DNA of 64,000 bases from Epithemia pelagica (GCA_946965045.2 OX337233.1:2170001-2234000), one strand, 5' to 3'. Shown: positions 26,124-38,603, counted from the first letter of the stretch. The notes: generated from the sequence alone by a model not told the origin. Numbers and translations: made by a program.

Positions 26124-26379
26124 GGTGATGACAGGGATTTGTGAGAAAAAGTAAGAATGATGTCAGGTATTGAAATGATTCTGTCGGTTACAGTTTTGAC
26201 GTACACCGTCAGTACTTTTATGCGATCCAAAAGCGGTCAGGGTATGAGAATCACCCCATCGCCCCATGTCATCAATGAATCATCGGGATCTTTTCATCTT
26301 CCCATCGACCCGACGCCCGACGCTGCGACATCGGACGCAAAGTCAGCATCCGCCGAAACTTAGCTCTGCATTTGTGACC

Positions 26380-27212
26380 ATGATGAGAAAGAGCGTGTCG
26401 GTGTTGTTGGTTCTATCCCTCGCAGCTTGTCAGGCTTTTCAGGCGAGCCCTGCTACACAGAAACACGCGATGAGGCGCCCTGACACAGCACCACTTTTGT
26501 CTCAGCATGAGGACGATACCATAATGACGATGACAAAAAAGCTTGACGTTGTACCGACGACCATTTGTGCAATCCACCATAGAGTTGGCCAAGCGTGTGC
26601 TTCGATCGCGGCTGCTGCCTGTATTGCCCTGTCAACGGTTGGAACGCCTTTACCTGCCATGGCCGTGTCTGGTGGGGGTCTCGACTTTGCTGGTTTGGAT
26701 ATCTCGAATCAAGATTTTTCAAAAACGAATTACAAGGGCAAAGACTTTACACAAGGTACGACGGTCGCCCATGACAGGCCTAACACTGTGGAGGAATACT
26801 TGGGCCCATTTCACTCAATGACGACATGCGATGCATCTGCTTCTCTAAAATGATTCCTTGCTCTCGTTTTGAAAATACAGTGATTGCTCGTGGAACCACT
26901 TTCGCTGGAAGCAATCTTCAGGGATGTCGATTTTACAAAGCCTATCTCATTAATGCGGATTTTACTGGAGCCGATCTACGGGGTGCCGCCTTGGAGGATA
27001 CGAGTATGGATGACGCCATACTTCGAAACACTGTGGCATCAGGTGCCTACTTTTCGAGTAGCATTTTGGATGTCAAGGACTTGGAAAACGCCGACTTTTC
27101 TGATGCACAATTTCCACTCAAAACCTTGCCCCTTTTGTGTGAACGACCGGATCTCAAAGGGACCAACCCCACAACCGGTGTCGATACACGAGAGTCCGTG
27201 TTCTGTCCCTGA
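26380..27212 (+). CDS. Thylakoid lumen pentapeptide-repeat protein; join(26380..26755,26881..27212)
   Basis: Signal peptide CQAF-QA, lumen signal ending PAMA, pentapeptide repeats (ADFTG ADLRG AALED), C-terminal C...GTNPTTGVDTRESVFCP. Intron 26756-26880. Confidence 0.85.
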
Positions 27213-27541
27213 CTTGATTTCCAACAAAGCACTTCCCTCCATCTTTCAATGGCCTAATAACGTCACATGATCTTGTCTGATTGATGAAAGGAAACTACGA
27301 ATCTCCTGATTGTAGACACATGTGGTACTATTCGTTCTATTCTTCAAATCATAGTTTCTACAAATCGCCATTGGCATGCGTTGCCGTCAAGGTATTGAAT
27401 GCATCAACTGAGTGAACAGACGTCATCTTGCCGACACCGAATGATTCATGGTCGAGAGTTGTTGATGCGACTCTCATATCACGAATCACAACGGGATCAG
27501 GTACTACGAGAACGAGATAATGGGGTAAGTAGTTCAGGTTT

Positions 27542-27690
27542 CACCCCCCCCAGCGGGGGTGTCTTATAGGGTGTAGTTTCTCTGGCCACAGAAACTACAA
27601 CCTGGTTCACAGAAACTACAACCTCAAAACCACCCCCGCTGGGGAGTATTTAGGGCGGGGAGACGCCATTCGGATTCCCCAGCGGGGGTG
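27542..27690. repeat. Nested palindromic/direct repeat cluster (possible MITE remnant)
   Basis: CCCCAGCGGGGGTG at 27548-27561 and 27677-27690, inverted copy at 27631-27644. CACAGAAACTACAACCT direct repeat at 27587-27603 and 27608-27624, with a partial inverted copy (GTAGTTTCT) just upstream. Confidence 0.7.
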
Positions 27691-28043
27691 TTGGACCTAC
27701 ATCTGCGATTCAAGATCAACCCAGCGATGCGGATATTGAGAAAATTAAGATAAAGGAAAGCCGAGCGTGTGTATTGATTTCCTATCGGGAGTGATAAAAT
27801 TGGACTGTCTGGTTTTTGTTATTGTTGTGGAGTCTCCTTCTTCAGGGAGTGTGAGAGACCGATCAGGATGGCGAGTGGCGAGGGATTGGGTTCTCGCTTT
27901 TTTGTCGTGCCAAGAGGTTGTATCGCAGTATCGCCATCATTGATCCGCCCGTGATGACAAGACTGTTCTATCCGTTGTGTTTGTAATCTGTCATCCTTCC
28001 CACCACAAACGGGTCATCATTCAATCCTACATCCATAGCCATC

Positions 28044-28941
28044 ATGGGTTGTTCCGCCTCGAAAAGTAAGAGAACGCTGAATCAAGTCTACCAATCTCCT
28101 CCCGAATCGGCGAAAGCGGATAAGAACGACAACTACACCTCTGAAAAGCCGAGACCTCTCATTTTTGCCATCATTCGGAACGGTCATGAGGTTGTGCGAG
28201 GGAGAATCCGAGATGTAGAAACATTTTTGCAACAAAGTGAATTGGAAAGGGCAGAAAGCGAATGGAGTCGCCTTCGATCATGGTTCAATATGCACCGCAA
28301 AATGGAACTTGGGACTGCTGACAAACCCGGCTTCTTAGCGTACGTGGACCATGAACTTTCATTATCTGTCCTGATAGCACTTCAGGACGCATTAAACAGC
28401 TCACGATGGTCAATTCTTCTTTGATTGTTGGCCTTTCTTCTCTGACCAAAGTGTTCTAGACAAGCACTGCGACAATATATCCCAAAATGAGAAGTTCTAC
28501 GAAGAATACGAACAGGTGCAAGAAAGGGCGGAGGAGCTCAATGCCGCCTTTGAGACGCGAGATCTTTTTCAGGTAAAGGGTATTTTCTACGATTATAAAG
28601 ACGCCATCTTGGCGTTACTTAAAAGGGAAGATGAAGTGCTGATGCCCAAGATCTATGACATGGCTGATAGAAACTTGAATCTCAAAAAATTCATGAAACG
28701 AGACATTCTTGGTGCCATATCCGATTCGTTTGGTTTTGAAACATTCTTAAGGTATGGCTTCACAACCCTTGAGAAAAATCACGGTGGAATGCCACGCGTC
28801 CGAGTATATGGACACGCTCTGTGGACTGTCGCATCACCGAAACAGTGGGAAAAATGGCAGGGCTGGATTCAGGATAGTGTGTCCACCCAGTCGTTCGAGG
28901 AACTTAAGGTGGCCATTGCAGAATCGCAAGTCAAGTCTTGA
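28044..28941 (+). CDS. Hemerythrin-like (HHE) domain protein with N-terminal acylation motif; join(28044..28339,28452..28941)
   Basis: MGCSASK N-terminus; RNGHEVVRG and NMHRKME helices; intron 28340-28451 yields GFLAVLDKH; 786 nt in frame. Confidence 0.6.
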
Positions 28942-29353
28942 ATTTGAGACGATTTGGCTCTCATGGGGAGAGGGGTCTGCGGGGGTGAGTCCATAGGCGA
29001 CGAACATGATTGGGATATACGCGTTTACAATCACTTCACAAGGCCTTAATAGAACACTGTGGAAACAGCCGTATCTGGCTAACAATTGCACGCCCATGCA
29101 TCAGTATCTGTCGTTATGAGCCTTCATACAACGAAAGGGGCCTCTGGACCACAGTTTTGCAATGCTGTGGCCAGTACTGAATATGACGCTCCTTCACGGA
29201 TTTTAATGATATAGCTTCCCTGTTGTGCAAATCATGATGCGTCACCCGACTTAACATGATCTTTCTTCTCACGTGAAAAGGCATCGATGGCGCTTTTTGC
29301 TCAGCAAAACATGAGTTGCAAGGCGTAACCATGATATTAGGTTTCTGGTTCCT

Positions 29354-30756
29354 TTACTCTTCGATCTTGACACGCTTTGGCGGTGGCATTGCCTCAGAGT
29401 CCGGATCGGGCGTTGGTGTAGTTGCCCGAGATTCGCTCTTTTTCTTTTTCTTCTTTTTAGAATCTGACGATGAGCTAACGCCCCAATATCGAACCTTTTT
29501 GAGTTTTTTGTGTACTTGCTTCAGTTGTACCATGGTTTCATTGGTCGTGGTGTTGGTCTTTGGCAATGCTTTCAATTGGTCACATAACAAGGGCAAGGAT
29601 TCTAGCAAAGCAGACGCTTCTGATTTATCAGGAAACCGCTGGTGCACATATCCATAAAAATCAATACGCGGTGGGGGTTGTTGCTGCTTTTGCTCCTGTT
29701 GTTCCGACGACGAAAATGATTGGTCCAGGATTTCGTCTTGTGCAACAATGAGACTGGCCAACCCAATCGGCCCAGGACTATACAGTAAAGTCAAGTCGCT
29801 GCAGATTGTGACTTTTTCCAGAATCATCCTTGCTTTGTCATAAATTGGTTTCAAATCTTGTCCAGAGATGGGTCGGACGACCAGATTTTGACCCTTATCT
29901 GATTTCAAGAATGTTCGTAGATCCTCTGTCAGAGCCAAGACGGATTTAAAGGGATGAAAACAGAGCAAATCGTAGTGGCACCCTTGTAAGAGAGTCAATT
30001 CCGCCGTTATAATTTCTTGCTGTGATACAGGTGCTTGCATCTTTTCCGTCCCCTCTTGCAAATACCGTACATCGGCCATGGCATCTTCAACTTTGGACGC
30101 CAGAAACGCCGAGGCTACCATAACTGCCTTAGGATCTGCGTCAGAAAAAAAGACAAGGTATGAGAATGTGTGTGATAAAACCTGTACTTTGCATCGTCGA
30201 ATCCATCGACAATTTGTTTCACAACGTGTGTGTTGTTTAATATGGTTGGTCAACTCAACTCACCAAATATCATAACAGAGTTGGAGAGGAAGAAACGTCG
30301 GTATAGTAGCGCTGCGGTAGCTGTTACCTTGGATTCACGACGCAGTCTCGGTACAGATGCCTTGGGGCCAATTAATGTGGCAAGTTTGGATGCATAGAAC
30401 GAAATTAATGTGGATTCTTCTGCAGGAGTCAAAAACTCATGCCCTTTGCCATTTTTCGTGGGTCCTTGTGCGGCATAGTCAACCGTCATGGGATCTCCCT
30501 GCTCAGACTTGGACTTTTGTTTCTGTTCATTGTATCCGCATGCAAAGAACAATGCCGTAGGCGCTGATGCTGATGAGGATTTTGGCGTCGTTTCCGTGTC
30601 GGTGCTAGTACCGGTGTCACGTTCGATCGATTGGCTATCTTGACCCACTAACCACACTCGAGCATCATGATTTGCCTGAGATCTGCATTCTTGCATCTGA
30701 TCGGTTGATACAAACAACCATTGATTCAAATGGCTACTGTCCTGATAGTCCACCAT
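29354..30756 (-). CDS. CCNH: Cyclin H; join(complement 30264..30756,29354..30135)
   Basis: MVDY..SSHLNQWLF, LTPAEE..LISFY, TAALLYRRFFLSNSVMIFDPKAVMVASAFLASKVED, EL.LLQG..YDL..FHP. Intron 30263-30136. Confidence 0.88.
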
Positions 30757-31068
30757 GGTCTACGCACAAAACAACAATGAGGGGAAATTGTTGGGTCTTT
30801 CCACGCCTTAGCGGTGGATGATGGCATAGATGTGATGCGCATTGAACATAATGCACATTCATCACGTTTGGGAGTGATCCACATCAAACTGCAGGGGTAG
30901 CACTGCTAGCTATCGGTCCTAGAATACTCCTAGTTTACATTGCGCATCATCAAACGACCGAAGGGATCTCGAAAAAGTTGCCAGGATATAAGCGGACATA
31001 TTTATCGAACGTAGTTACCGATACAGCTCTTAACAATCAAGGCCCATTTTCAGCTCGAAGGAAGCTCT

Positions 31069-32952
31069 CTACAAAGACTGTTGTGGTTGTTGCTGCTGCT
31101 GCGACATCCACGACGGGACGACTCGCCCTCTGCCTCTGCCCATTGATCGAGGTGGAGAATTCCGTTCTAATGGTTGCAACTGTTGTTGACCTCCAATCTT
31201 CGGGCGAGTCTCAGGAACACCAAAAGTAAAGGTCCCATCTGGAGCCAAGGCAGGAGATCCACTCTCTGTGGCACCGTATTCATCTTCTTCGTCCTCATCG
31301 TCTCTCTCGAAAAAGTCATCCAGTAAATCCAAGGCAATCTCAGCACGATCATTGACGGCGGCGAACTGAGGATTGTTACTCCCCACAGCCAGAATCGTAT
31401 GAAGGCGATCGACAACAGTAGGTTCGTGTTCGGCGGCCAAAGCTGCGGGACTATTCGGAATGCTGCGTAGAAATCGATCCAACACACGCACGGCTGACAG
31501 GGATGCACTCATGTCGGGAACCATGCTGATCTCCAACAAGGCCATCAGAAAGGTATTTTTGTCATCTGGAAGCATATTCCAAATAATGGAGGTTGTATCA
31601 TTTAGTTGATCGTCTACGGAAGCGTGCAAGGGAGGATCTGCCAATGCCAATTCCAGTGCAATCACCGCTTCACGTTTCCAATCCAATGTTCCCACGACAA
31701 CCATTCGTATCAGAGAAGGCACAAATGCTGGGATACCAACATGGGTCGATGCGTGGTGTCGCAAGCCAGCGTCCACCAGAAAACAAGATGCCGTCTTGAC
31801 ACCTTCTAGTAGTATTCCATTTTCTAGAATGCGAGTGAGATGTTGCGAGAACACGGAAAGCAACAATGGGATGAACGTCCCATCACATGCGACCGCCATA
31901 TTTCCAACGGCTTTCACAGCCGGAAACAAAAATGGAGCGTTCGAAGCTGTCGTATGCTCCATCATCAGGGCCGCCAAGGCGTGCATCAACGCTTCATCCT
32001 GACACAAGAGCTTCACAGCCGCATCTTCCCGACGAGAGACTCCCTCCAAAATCCATGCCGCATCAACAAATGTGGAGTCACTTTCTCTTTGTTGAAGCAA
32101 TGAGGTCAGTACCTGAGTCGTGAGGTTCTCCATAAAGTAGGATGCAAAGCTGGTATTGTCTTTCTGTGCCATGGCTGCGCAAAGATAGGAGGTTGTCGGT
32201 AATTGTGAAACGATTGCACTCCACGAGGGCCAGATATGATGAACAGCACTAGATCCGGCATCTTGTACAATATTTCCAAGTATGTTGGGTACCACTGGGT
32301 GGTGAACAAAAGAAAGTAGGGCAGGCAAAAGCATGGACTCTTCAAGCATTAAATCGGACCATCGCATAGGCGGGCGACCGTAATAGTTGTCATCACTCTG
32401 TTGAGCAGAGGCCGTATCTCGTCGAGTTAAGCATCCTGATATAGCGAGAAGAATTTGACAGACGCAAATAAACGTTTCTTGGTGTTGGCCGTCATTTGAG
32501 GGATTTTGATTTCGAAGTGTATGTGTGAGGAGCGTGATTATTGTTTTCGATTTATCTGGTTGGTCCGCCAAAAATTGTTCGAGAGTGACACTAGCCTGGA
32601 ATTCGCAGTTTGAAAGGGATCTTCTGATCAATTCGAGATGAGTTTGTTCTCCGGATGACGTACTGTATGTCTCCAAAGCTTGTTTGAGACGAGACGAAAC
32701 ATCATTAGAAGAACCATCAAAACCTTCACTGGAAAAAGAAGTGCTTGATTGCCCACCAAAGCGTCGAGCCTGCAACCTCTCTTCCTTGCGCTGCTTACGG
32801 ATCTGGACGCCTTCCTGCATCCGTCGTCTCACCAGGGAACGACGCAGCTCTTCCGAGCTAACCTGTCCTTTCATTTTTGTTGCGACTCGCTTCGAAGCTT
32901 TCCGTGTTGTGCTCTGGTCGACCACGCCTGAGGAGGAGGGAAACGACGACAT
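31069..32952 (-). CDS. Divergent importin-alpha-like protein (IBB domain + ARM-like repeats)
   Basis: IBB-like RRRMQEGVQIRKQRKEERLQARR; helical repeats (AAWILEG, AVKAVGNMA, KREAVIAL); acidic C-terminal LDDFF..DDEDEE. Confidence 0.7.
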   Translation of the reverse strand: MSSFPSSSGVVDQSTTRKASKRVATKMKGQVSSEELRRSLVRRRMQEGVQIRKQRKEERLQARRFGGQSSTSFSSEGFDGSSNDVSSRLKQALETYSTSSGEQTHLELIRRSLSNCEFQASVTLEQFLADQPDKSKTIITLLTHTLRNQNPSNDGQHQETFICVCQILLAISGCLTRRDTASAQQSDDNYYGRPPMRWSDLMLEESMLLPALLSFVHHPVVPNILGNIVQDAGSSAVHHIWPSWSAIVSQLPTTSYLCAAMAQKDNTSFASYFMENLTTQVLTSLLQQRESDSTFVDAAWILEGVSRREDAAVKLLCQDEALMHALAALMMEHTTASNAPFLFPAVKAVGNMAVACDGTFIPLLLSVFSQHLTRILENGILLEGVKTASCFLVDAGLRHHASTHVGIPAFVPSLIRMVVVGTLDWKREAVIALELALADPPLHASVDDQLNDTTSIIWNMLPDDKNTFLMALLEISMVPDMSASLSAVRVLDRFLRSIPNSPAALAAEHEPTVVDRLHTILAVGSNNPQFAAVNDRAEIALDLLDDFFERDDEDEEDEYGATESGSPALAPDGTFTFGVPETRPKIGGQQQLQPLERNSPPRSMGRGRGRVVPSWMSQQQQQPQQSL

Positions 32953-33239
32953 ATTTTTCCACGTGTATGAAGGTAAGCAGAAAGGAAGCCAATATCGAAG
33001 ACGTGAGAGTCGGAGAAGAACCCGCTCCGTCTCCGAGCATCAAGCCAAAAATGAAACAAGAACTCACCCGGATATATGCTTTCTGTTGTGACATTTCTTT
33101 CACGTAGCCTTACACAGTTTTCAGTGCGGATTAGACTAGTCTATGCGTAACCCAAAATCCACAACAGCCACAGCAGACAATCGTCATATCTGGTATCTGG
33201 ATATCATTCTCTCTTCAGTCACTTTGATTTTCTTGTGCC

Positions 33240-34029
33240 ATGGTGCGTTAGTTTCGGTTGGATCTGCAGCATCAGTGAGCTGGTTGTTACTGGATGGCGC
33301 CCTTTTGTGACTGGCATTCCTCATCTCTGATATTTTTTGTTCCCCCTCTGACTTTTTCTCCCCTTGATACACGAATTTTTCATTGGCGGCGGCTGTGGAT
33401 TGATCGACGACGTTTCCCACGGTCGCAATCTTTATCATTTTATGGATAATATTAGTTGCCGTTGACTTTGGTCAAGGCCGCGAACGGGTCTCCCTTGCTG
33501 GTAGAACTGAAAGATGGTGACACTTACAATGGTCGGCTGGTGTCTGCGGACGCCTACATGAACATGAATTTGAGCAATGTGATTTGCACCGTCGCGGACG
33601 GATCTAAATTCTACAAATTGCCATCGGCTTATATTCGAGGCTCTGCCATAAAATATTTGCGTCTCCCAGACTCAGTCTTGGAACAGGCCAAGGAAATGGC
33701 ACAAAAAGAAGAGCAGCAACAACATCGACAACATCATCGAGGTTCTAGCGGACGTGGAGGACGCGGTAGAGGAGGTGGTCGTGGAGGTGGTGGACGCGGG
33801 GGAAGAGGAGGACCTGGAGGAGGGAGGTAAGCGCTCGTTCTACATGTAATATTGCGTCGAATGTCGCGGACTCATGCATCCAATCATGCGCTTCTCGTTT
33901 CGTATTCGTTGATGTAGAGGGAGATATGGTGCAAGAGGAGGAGGTGGGAACAGAGGTGGCAGTGGTGGTCGAGGGCCATCACCAGGGGGAAGGTACCATG
34001 GAGGAAGGGGAGGTAGAAACAACCATTGA
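33240..34029 (+). CDS. LSM4: U6 snRNA-associated Sm-like protein LSm4; join(33240..33242,33456..33826,33918..34029)
   Basis: MLPLTLVKAANGSPLLVELKDGDTYNGRLV..D.YMNMNL...YIRGSAIKYLRLPD plus RG-rich tail. The ATG-only first exon is inferred from ATG|GTGCGT...ATTAG; 486 nt in frame. Confidence 0.88.
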
Positions 34030-34553
34030 GATCGCCATCGAGGAAGCACTTAGTTCACATGGTGTTCTTGGATTTTCAAAGCTCAGAGGATATGTGCAGT
34101 GCATTGTGTTGTGTCAAACGGTTTCTCGAGTGAGTAAGGTTCACTATTACAGCCTAAGCGTTGCACATGTTCATGGGACGGGCTCAATACTAGTTGTAGC
34201 ATAAATAGACTCCGGGCGGGTCCCATTTCAACTGAAAGCTTGTGCTTCAACTCAAAGCCACTTGCATTGCCTTCCTACACGGAATATCCATTCTATACTA
34301 CCAACCAAGTGACTATTGATTGACGAAATAAAGGAGAGCTTTCGTAGATACCTGACAAACTACAAGCTATTATCTTACAGCTTGGTCAACTTTTACTATT
34401 GATAATGGTATACAGAGAATATTGAAAAGATGAATAATAACGTCGGTTGTGAGTTGTTGTTTGGGGAGTATGCATTTCTGGCGTCTAAATGACATGCTTA
34501 ATTTTTGTAGCAGTCGATGCATTTGGAGTCAAAAGGGGTACAGCGAAAAACGA

Positions 34554-36336
34554 CTAAGAGGCGCGACGGGAGGAAGATGCACGGCTTCGCGAGGAGCGGG
34601 CCCTGGATCGGCGACTGCTGCTACGGTCGTCTCGAAACAAACCATCTCCACTCTTGGGGTCGCGAGATTTGGATCGGCGACTTCGTGAAGCTGATCGGCG
34701 ACTCTGGTGGTCATCGTCCAAGAGGCGGCGTGATCGACTCGAACGACTCTCACGGTACCGAGATCGGCGCGCAACAGCAAAAGCAAGAAAGGTGGCCACA
34801 AATAAAAGGAATGTCAGCGTCAAGAAGGCATTGGCCAAAAGCCTTGCCAATGGCGAGTCCATCTCAGCATGCAAATTCTTTGAGCTGCTTTTTGACGAAC
34901 CGCTGCTTGGATATGATTGTTGAAAGAAAGAAGATTCGGTGTAACCATAACTGTTTTCCCCGTAGTCAATGTGAAGAATGGTTCCTTGCGCATTAGCCTT
35001 GGACAAGCAGTCGTGTTCACAAATATAAGCGTCGTGCGACCAGAACTTCCAGCATTGATTGATAAGATCATCGTCGTCTGTACCGTAATCCCCAATAAAG
35101 TATCCATCTTGATAAGTTGGGTAATCCATGCAGGGAGTGCAATATTTGTATGGTTGATACACCTGGTTCATGTACGTCAATGTGTATTCTTGAGCCAACT
35201 CCCATGGTTCATAGGCGAACGAAATGGAATCTTCAACGTCCTTCGATCCAAGGTATACATCACTTGTTAGATCAAAATCATCAGGGGTTAGTCCGCTGTC
35301 GTCTTCGGTCAAGCACCTAGTGTCAGTATACAGAGCCATCATTGTGTCACCTTGCGACACAGGCTTCACTCCGCAATACAGAGTGTTATCGCCATCGTAA
35401 CCACATTCGAAACACTCATCGTCTGTCATGTAGGCCAACCCTGCCAAGGCCATCACATAATCATCATCGGTGATTGCCCACAAATGTTTGGAGATTTGTT
35501 CAATCCACTGGTAATGTTCTTGTCGGAAAACTCCAATCAGTTGCCAGTCAGTTTCCGGCAAGTGACAGGTTAATTCCCCAAGCGAGTTTCCATCCTCGTC
35601 GAAATATTCACTGTATTCGTTACCTTGGTAGTTAGGGTTAACGTACTGACAAAGAAGCGGCAGGTATACAACGTGAGACATTCCACCCAGGGCACGATCA
35701 AAATTCATTATCATCAGCTTATCACGGTGAGACTAAACTTACCGTAGCGTAAATCATCCAACGAGAACAGGCCTCTTGATCATTATCACCTCCTTCTTCC
35801 TCGTGACTGTGGCCGCCTTGTCCCCAAGGATGGTCGCAATCAATATAACCGCCCAACAGGCGATACGCTTGTGCCCATTTGTCGTATTCCTGAGAAGGAT
35901 CGGCCAAGAAACCCTCAGAGTATGCTTCATATGTTTTTCCGCTCATCCAACCAAGATTACGACCTTGGCCAAGTCGAGGCTCTTTCACGTTTCGTTGTTT
36001 CTGTTGTTGTACAGGTTGTGTTGTATTTGGGATCTTCTCCTGAAGGGAAGCCTGTGCTCTAGCTTTTCGCTCCGCCCGACGCTGTCTTTGCTCTTCTCTT
36101 GACTTTTTTAATTCTTCACGAGTCAGCTTTCTAATTGGAGTCCTGTTGTCGCTTGCCTGGTTGTCAATGGATTGAGCCTTGGTTGAAGCAGCCACTGGAG
36201 AAACCAAATTCCGAAGGAAATCTACTCCATCGGTAAGTGGGGAAGATTTCGCTGCAGAGAGCATCGACATGATTGCAAAGCAAAGGTGTAATATAACACC
36301 TTGAGGCGAGAGTTGAGCACCATTGCGGAAAAACAT
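34554..36336 (-). CDS. Single-pass membrane protein of unknown function with Arg/Ser-rich cytoplasmic tail; join(complement 35743..36336,34554..35645)
   Basis: N-terminal hydrophobic leader, Cys/Tyr/Asp-rich ectodomain, TM LLANAFLTLTFLLFVATFLAFAVA, RS-rich tail. Intron 35742-35646; 1686 nt in frame. Confidence 0.75.
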
Positions 36337-37132
36337 TGTTGACCAAGGAGTTAGATTTCAATTCACGGTCAAAGGCTCGTGAATTGCAGAGATCGACCCG
36401 TTCGATCAACAACAGCAGATCCACTATCGACCGTTCTGGATGCCACAAAGACAAAATATACCAGAGCTCCCTCCTGGATGTTGTCAAGACAGGGAGGAAA
36501 CACCAATGTACAATATCATCCAAGCCTTGGGTCGGTGATGATTGATGATGAAAACAAGAGCAGAAAGAAGCCTTAGAGGTCCCTTTTGTTAGGACGCTGT
36601 GCTTGGCGATATCGGCAAGCACAGCCTGCCGGCGAACGAGAGATCTCAACACGTGCGCTATGACAATTATTCCTGTCCAGTGCTCATGCAGAGCTGCCGA
36701 AATATACTTAATACAGTTATTCGAAATCATTGTCCGTTGATTGGCGAAAATATGCCATAGTATTCGTTTTCCATAAATATGTAGGCACATTCAATCAGCG
36801 AGAAAGCCAAGCATGAAAGTCTTTATTTATTGACCTTACGGTTATCTTTCGAGCGCTCCCGCCATATCCAGCAAAGGAAGAGCGAGCCTGCCTCAAGACC
36901 ACAAAGATGCGAAATCATAGGACAGGGCTATTATAATGGCAGAATGTTTGAGTCTTCTTAAAATTTCTACTCATTCCGGTATGAAGTCTGCCAGTCGGTC
37001 GTCCATGGCCCTCAAAATTCAAACCCTCGAAATTGAAAATTTGTTGAGACTGACTCATTGTTCCTCTTCTTCGTTTCAATGGATGGGTGAACGGCGAATG
37101 TCTCACAAGGTTCCTCCATCAAATCAACGACC

Positions 37133-38206
37133 ATGTCCCCTGTCAAGATGTCTTCAATATTGAGCGTTGTCGTCTACGCTTTGTCTGCGACACCGACTGC
37201 GGCTTTTGCGCCACCCTCATCGCAGGCAGTGAGTAATGGAGCTGGTTCACATCATGTATTCATTGGTAGTCGTCGGAGAACATCATCCTGTTCCGACAAG
37301 TGGTGGCGTCGTGCCCTGGACGCCGATACGACTGAGGTGAATGGTGCATCACCAAGCCAGAATTCCGAAAGTTCAGCCACAAATAAGGAAATTATGCAAG
37401 AAGCTTCCGAGAAACTAGAAGCTGTTGGGTGGTCCTTGCCCACTTCGGGAGATTTGACCTCCGATGATCCTTTTGTTCAGGCAATTGATGAGGGTATCCA
37501 ACGCGACGTGGGTGTGTCTCTCGATGAGTTGCTCAATCCAGCCAAGGTTGTCAATTTAGAACGAGATTTGTATTCCTTGCGGCAAGAGTTGGCCACCCAA
37601 ACCGGAATTGTAGATGCTGTTAAATTCGAAAGCACAGAAGAATGTGATTGCGGAGGGGGAGGACCCGAGGCGGATCTCTTGCGGGAAAAGATATCCAAAA
37701 AGGAAAAAGATCTTGCGATTGAACGTCGTTCTGTCTTTCGAGGATGGTTGAAGAACGTGTTCCTCGTTCAAGCAGTATTATCGTTTGGGCTATCCTTTGT
37801 CATGGCTACCAATCCAAGTTCCCTCTTTGGACAGTTTGATTGGTTTTACTCGTACAACATGGATATTTCGATTCAAGTTTTGGGGTACTGGTGGTGGTGG
37901 CTTTTCGTTGTGCCTTCACTAAGAAGTCGACGTCCCAAAGGTTTGGAAAAGAAGGCGTTGGATTGGGCGTTCCTAGGAACTCCCTTGATCAGTTTATTAG
38001 CACCGGTGGTCACCAAGGACACGGGTGTAATCTGGGCGGCCAATTTTGTTGTCGTTGCGGCATGCTATGGTGTGGCGTTCCTTGTTCCTGCTGACGGGGA
38101 TGATGATGGAGAAGACGGTGGTTCCAGTGAAACACCGGAATGGCTCAAGTTTGCCTACAAATCTTTGGATTTCGGTAGTGGTCGAGAACGTGGCTCGCGA
38201 AACTAG
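37133..38206 (+). CDS. Plastid-targeted multi-pass membrane protein of unknown function
   Basis: 357-aa ORF with signal peptide ending TAAF-AP (ASAFAP), an acidic soluble region and about four hydrophobic segments. Confidence 0.75.
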   Translation: MSPVKMSSILSVVVYALSATPTAAFAPPSSQAVSNGAGSHHVFIGSRRRTSSCSDKWWRRALDADTTEVNGASPSQNSESSATNKEIMQEASEKLEAVGWSLPTSGDLTSDDPFVQAIDEGIQRDVGVSLDELLNPAKVVNLERDLYSLRQELATQTGIVDAVKFESTEECDCGGGGPEADLLREKISKKEKDLAIERRSVFRGWLKNVFLVQAVLSFGLSFVMATNPSSLFGQFDWFYSYNMDISIQVLGYWWWWLFVVPSLRSRRPKGLEKKALDWAFLGTPLISLLAPVVTKDTGVIWAANFVVVAACYGVAFLVPADGDDDGEDGGSSETPEWLKFAYKSLDFGSGRERGSRN

Positions 38207-38603
38207 AGCGCTCCATTTCTCTGTCACCTGTTTCGGGGGTTGTTTTTCGTCGAATCATGGTTGTTCTTCTTGTATAGTCCTCTGGGCAACAGGTAGGAGG
38301 TAGGCCTCATCCACGATTTTCTTGAAAATAGAGATCAGGCCTCATCAGAAGTCGCACTTTCGCTCCACCGGACTCCCTGGCGTCGTCGTCCACTTTCAAC
38401 ATTCCCATAACCTTCGAATACCTAGGTAGATGCCTTGTCCGATGTGGGTAGTCTATTGATAACAGCAACTAATGATAGACCAATGCTTCAATAGACCTCA
38501 AGAAACCAAGTTCTAAATTTAAAACGTGAGCAAGCTGATTGGCTGTCAAGATGGACAGGTGGCTCACAAGTGGTGTAGGAGAGATGATCAAGCTGGAATC
38601 ATT

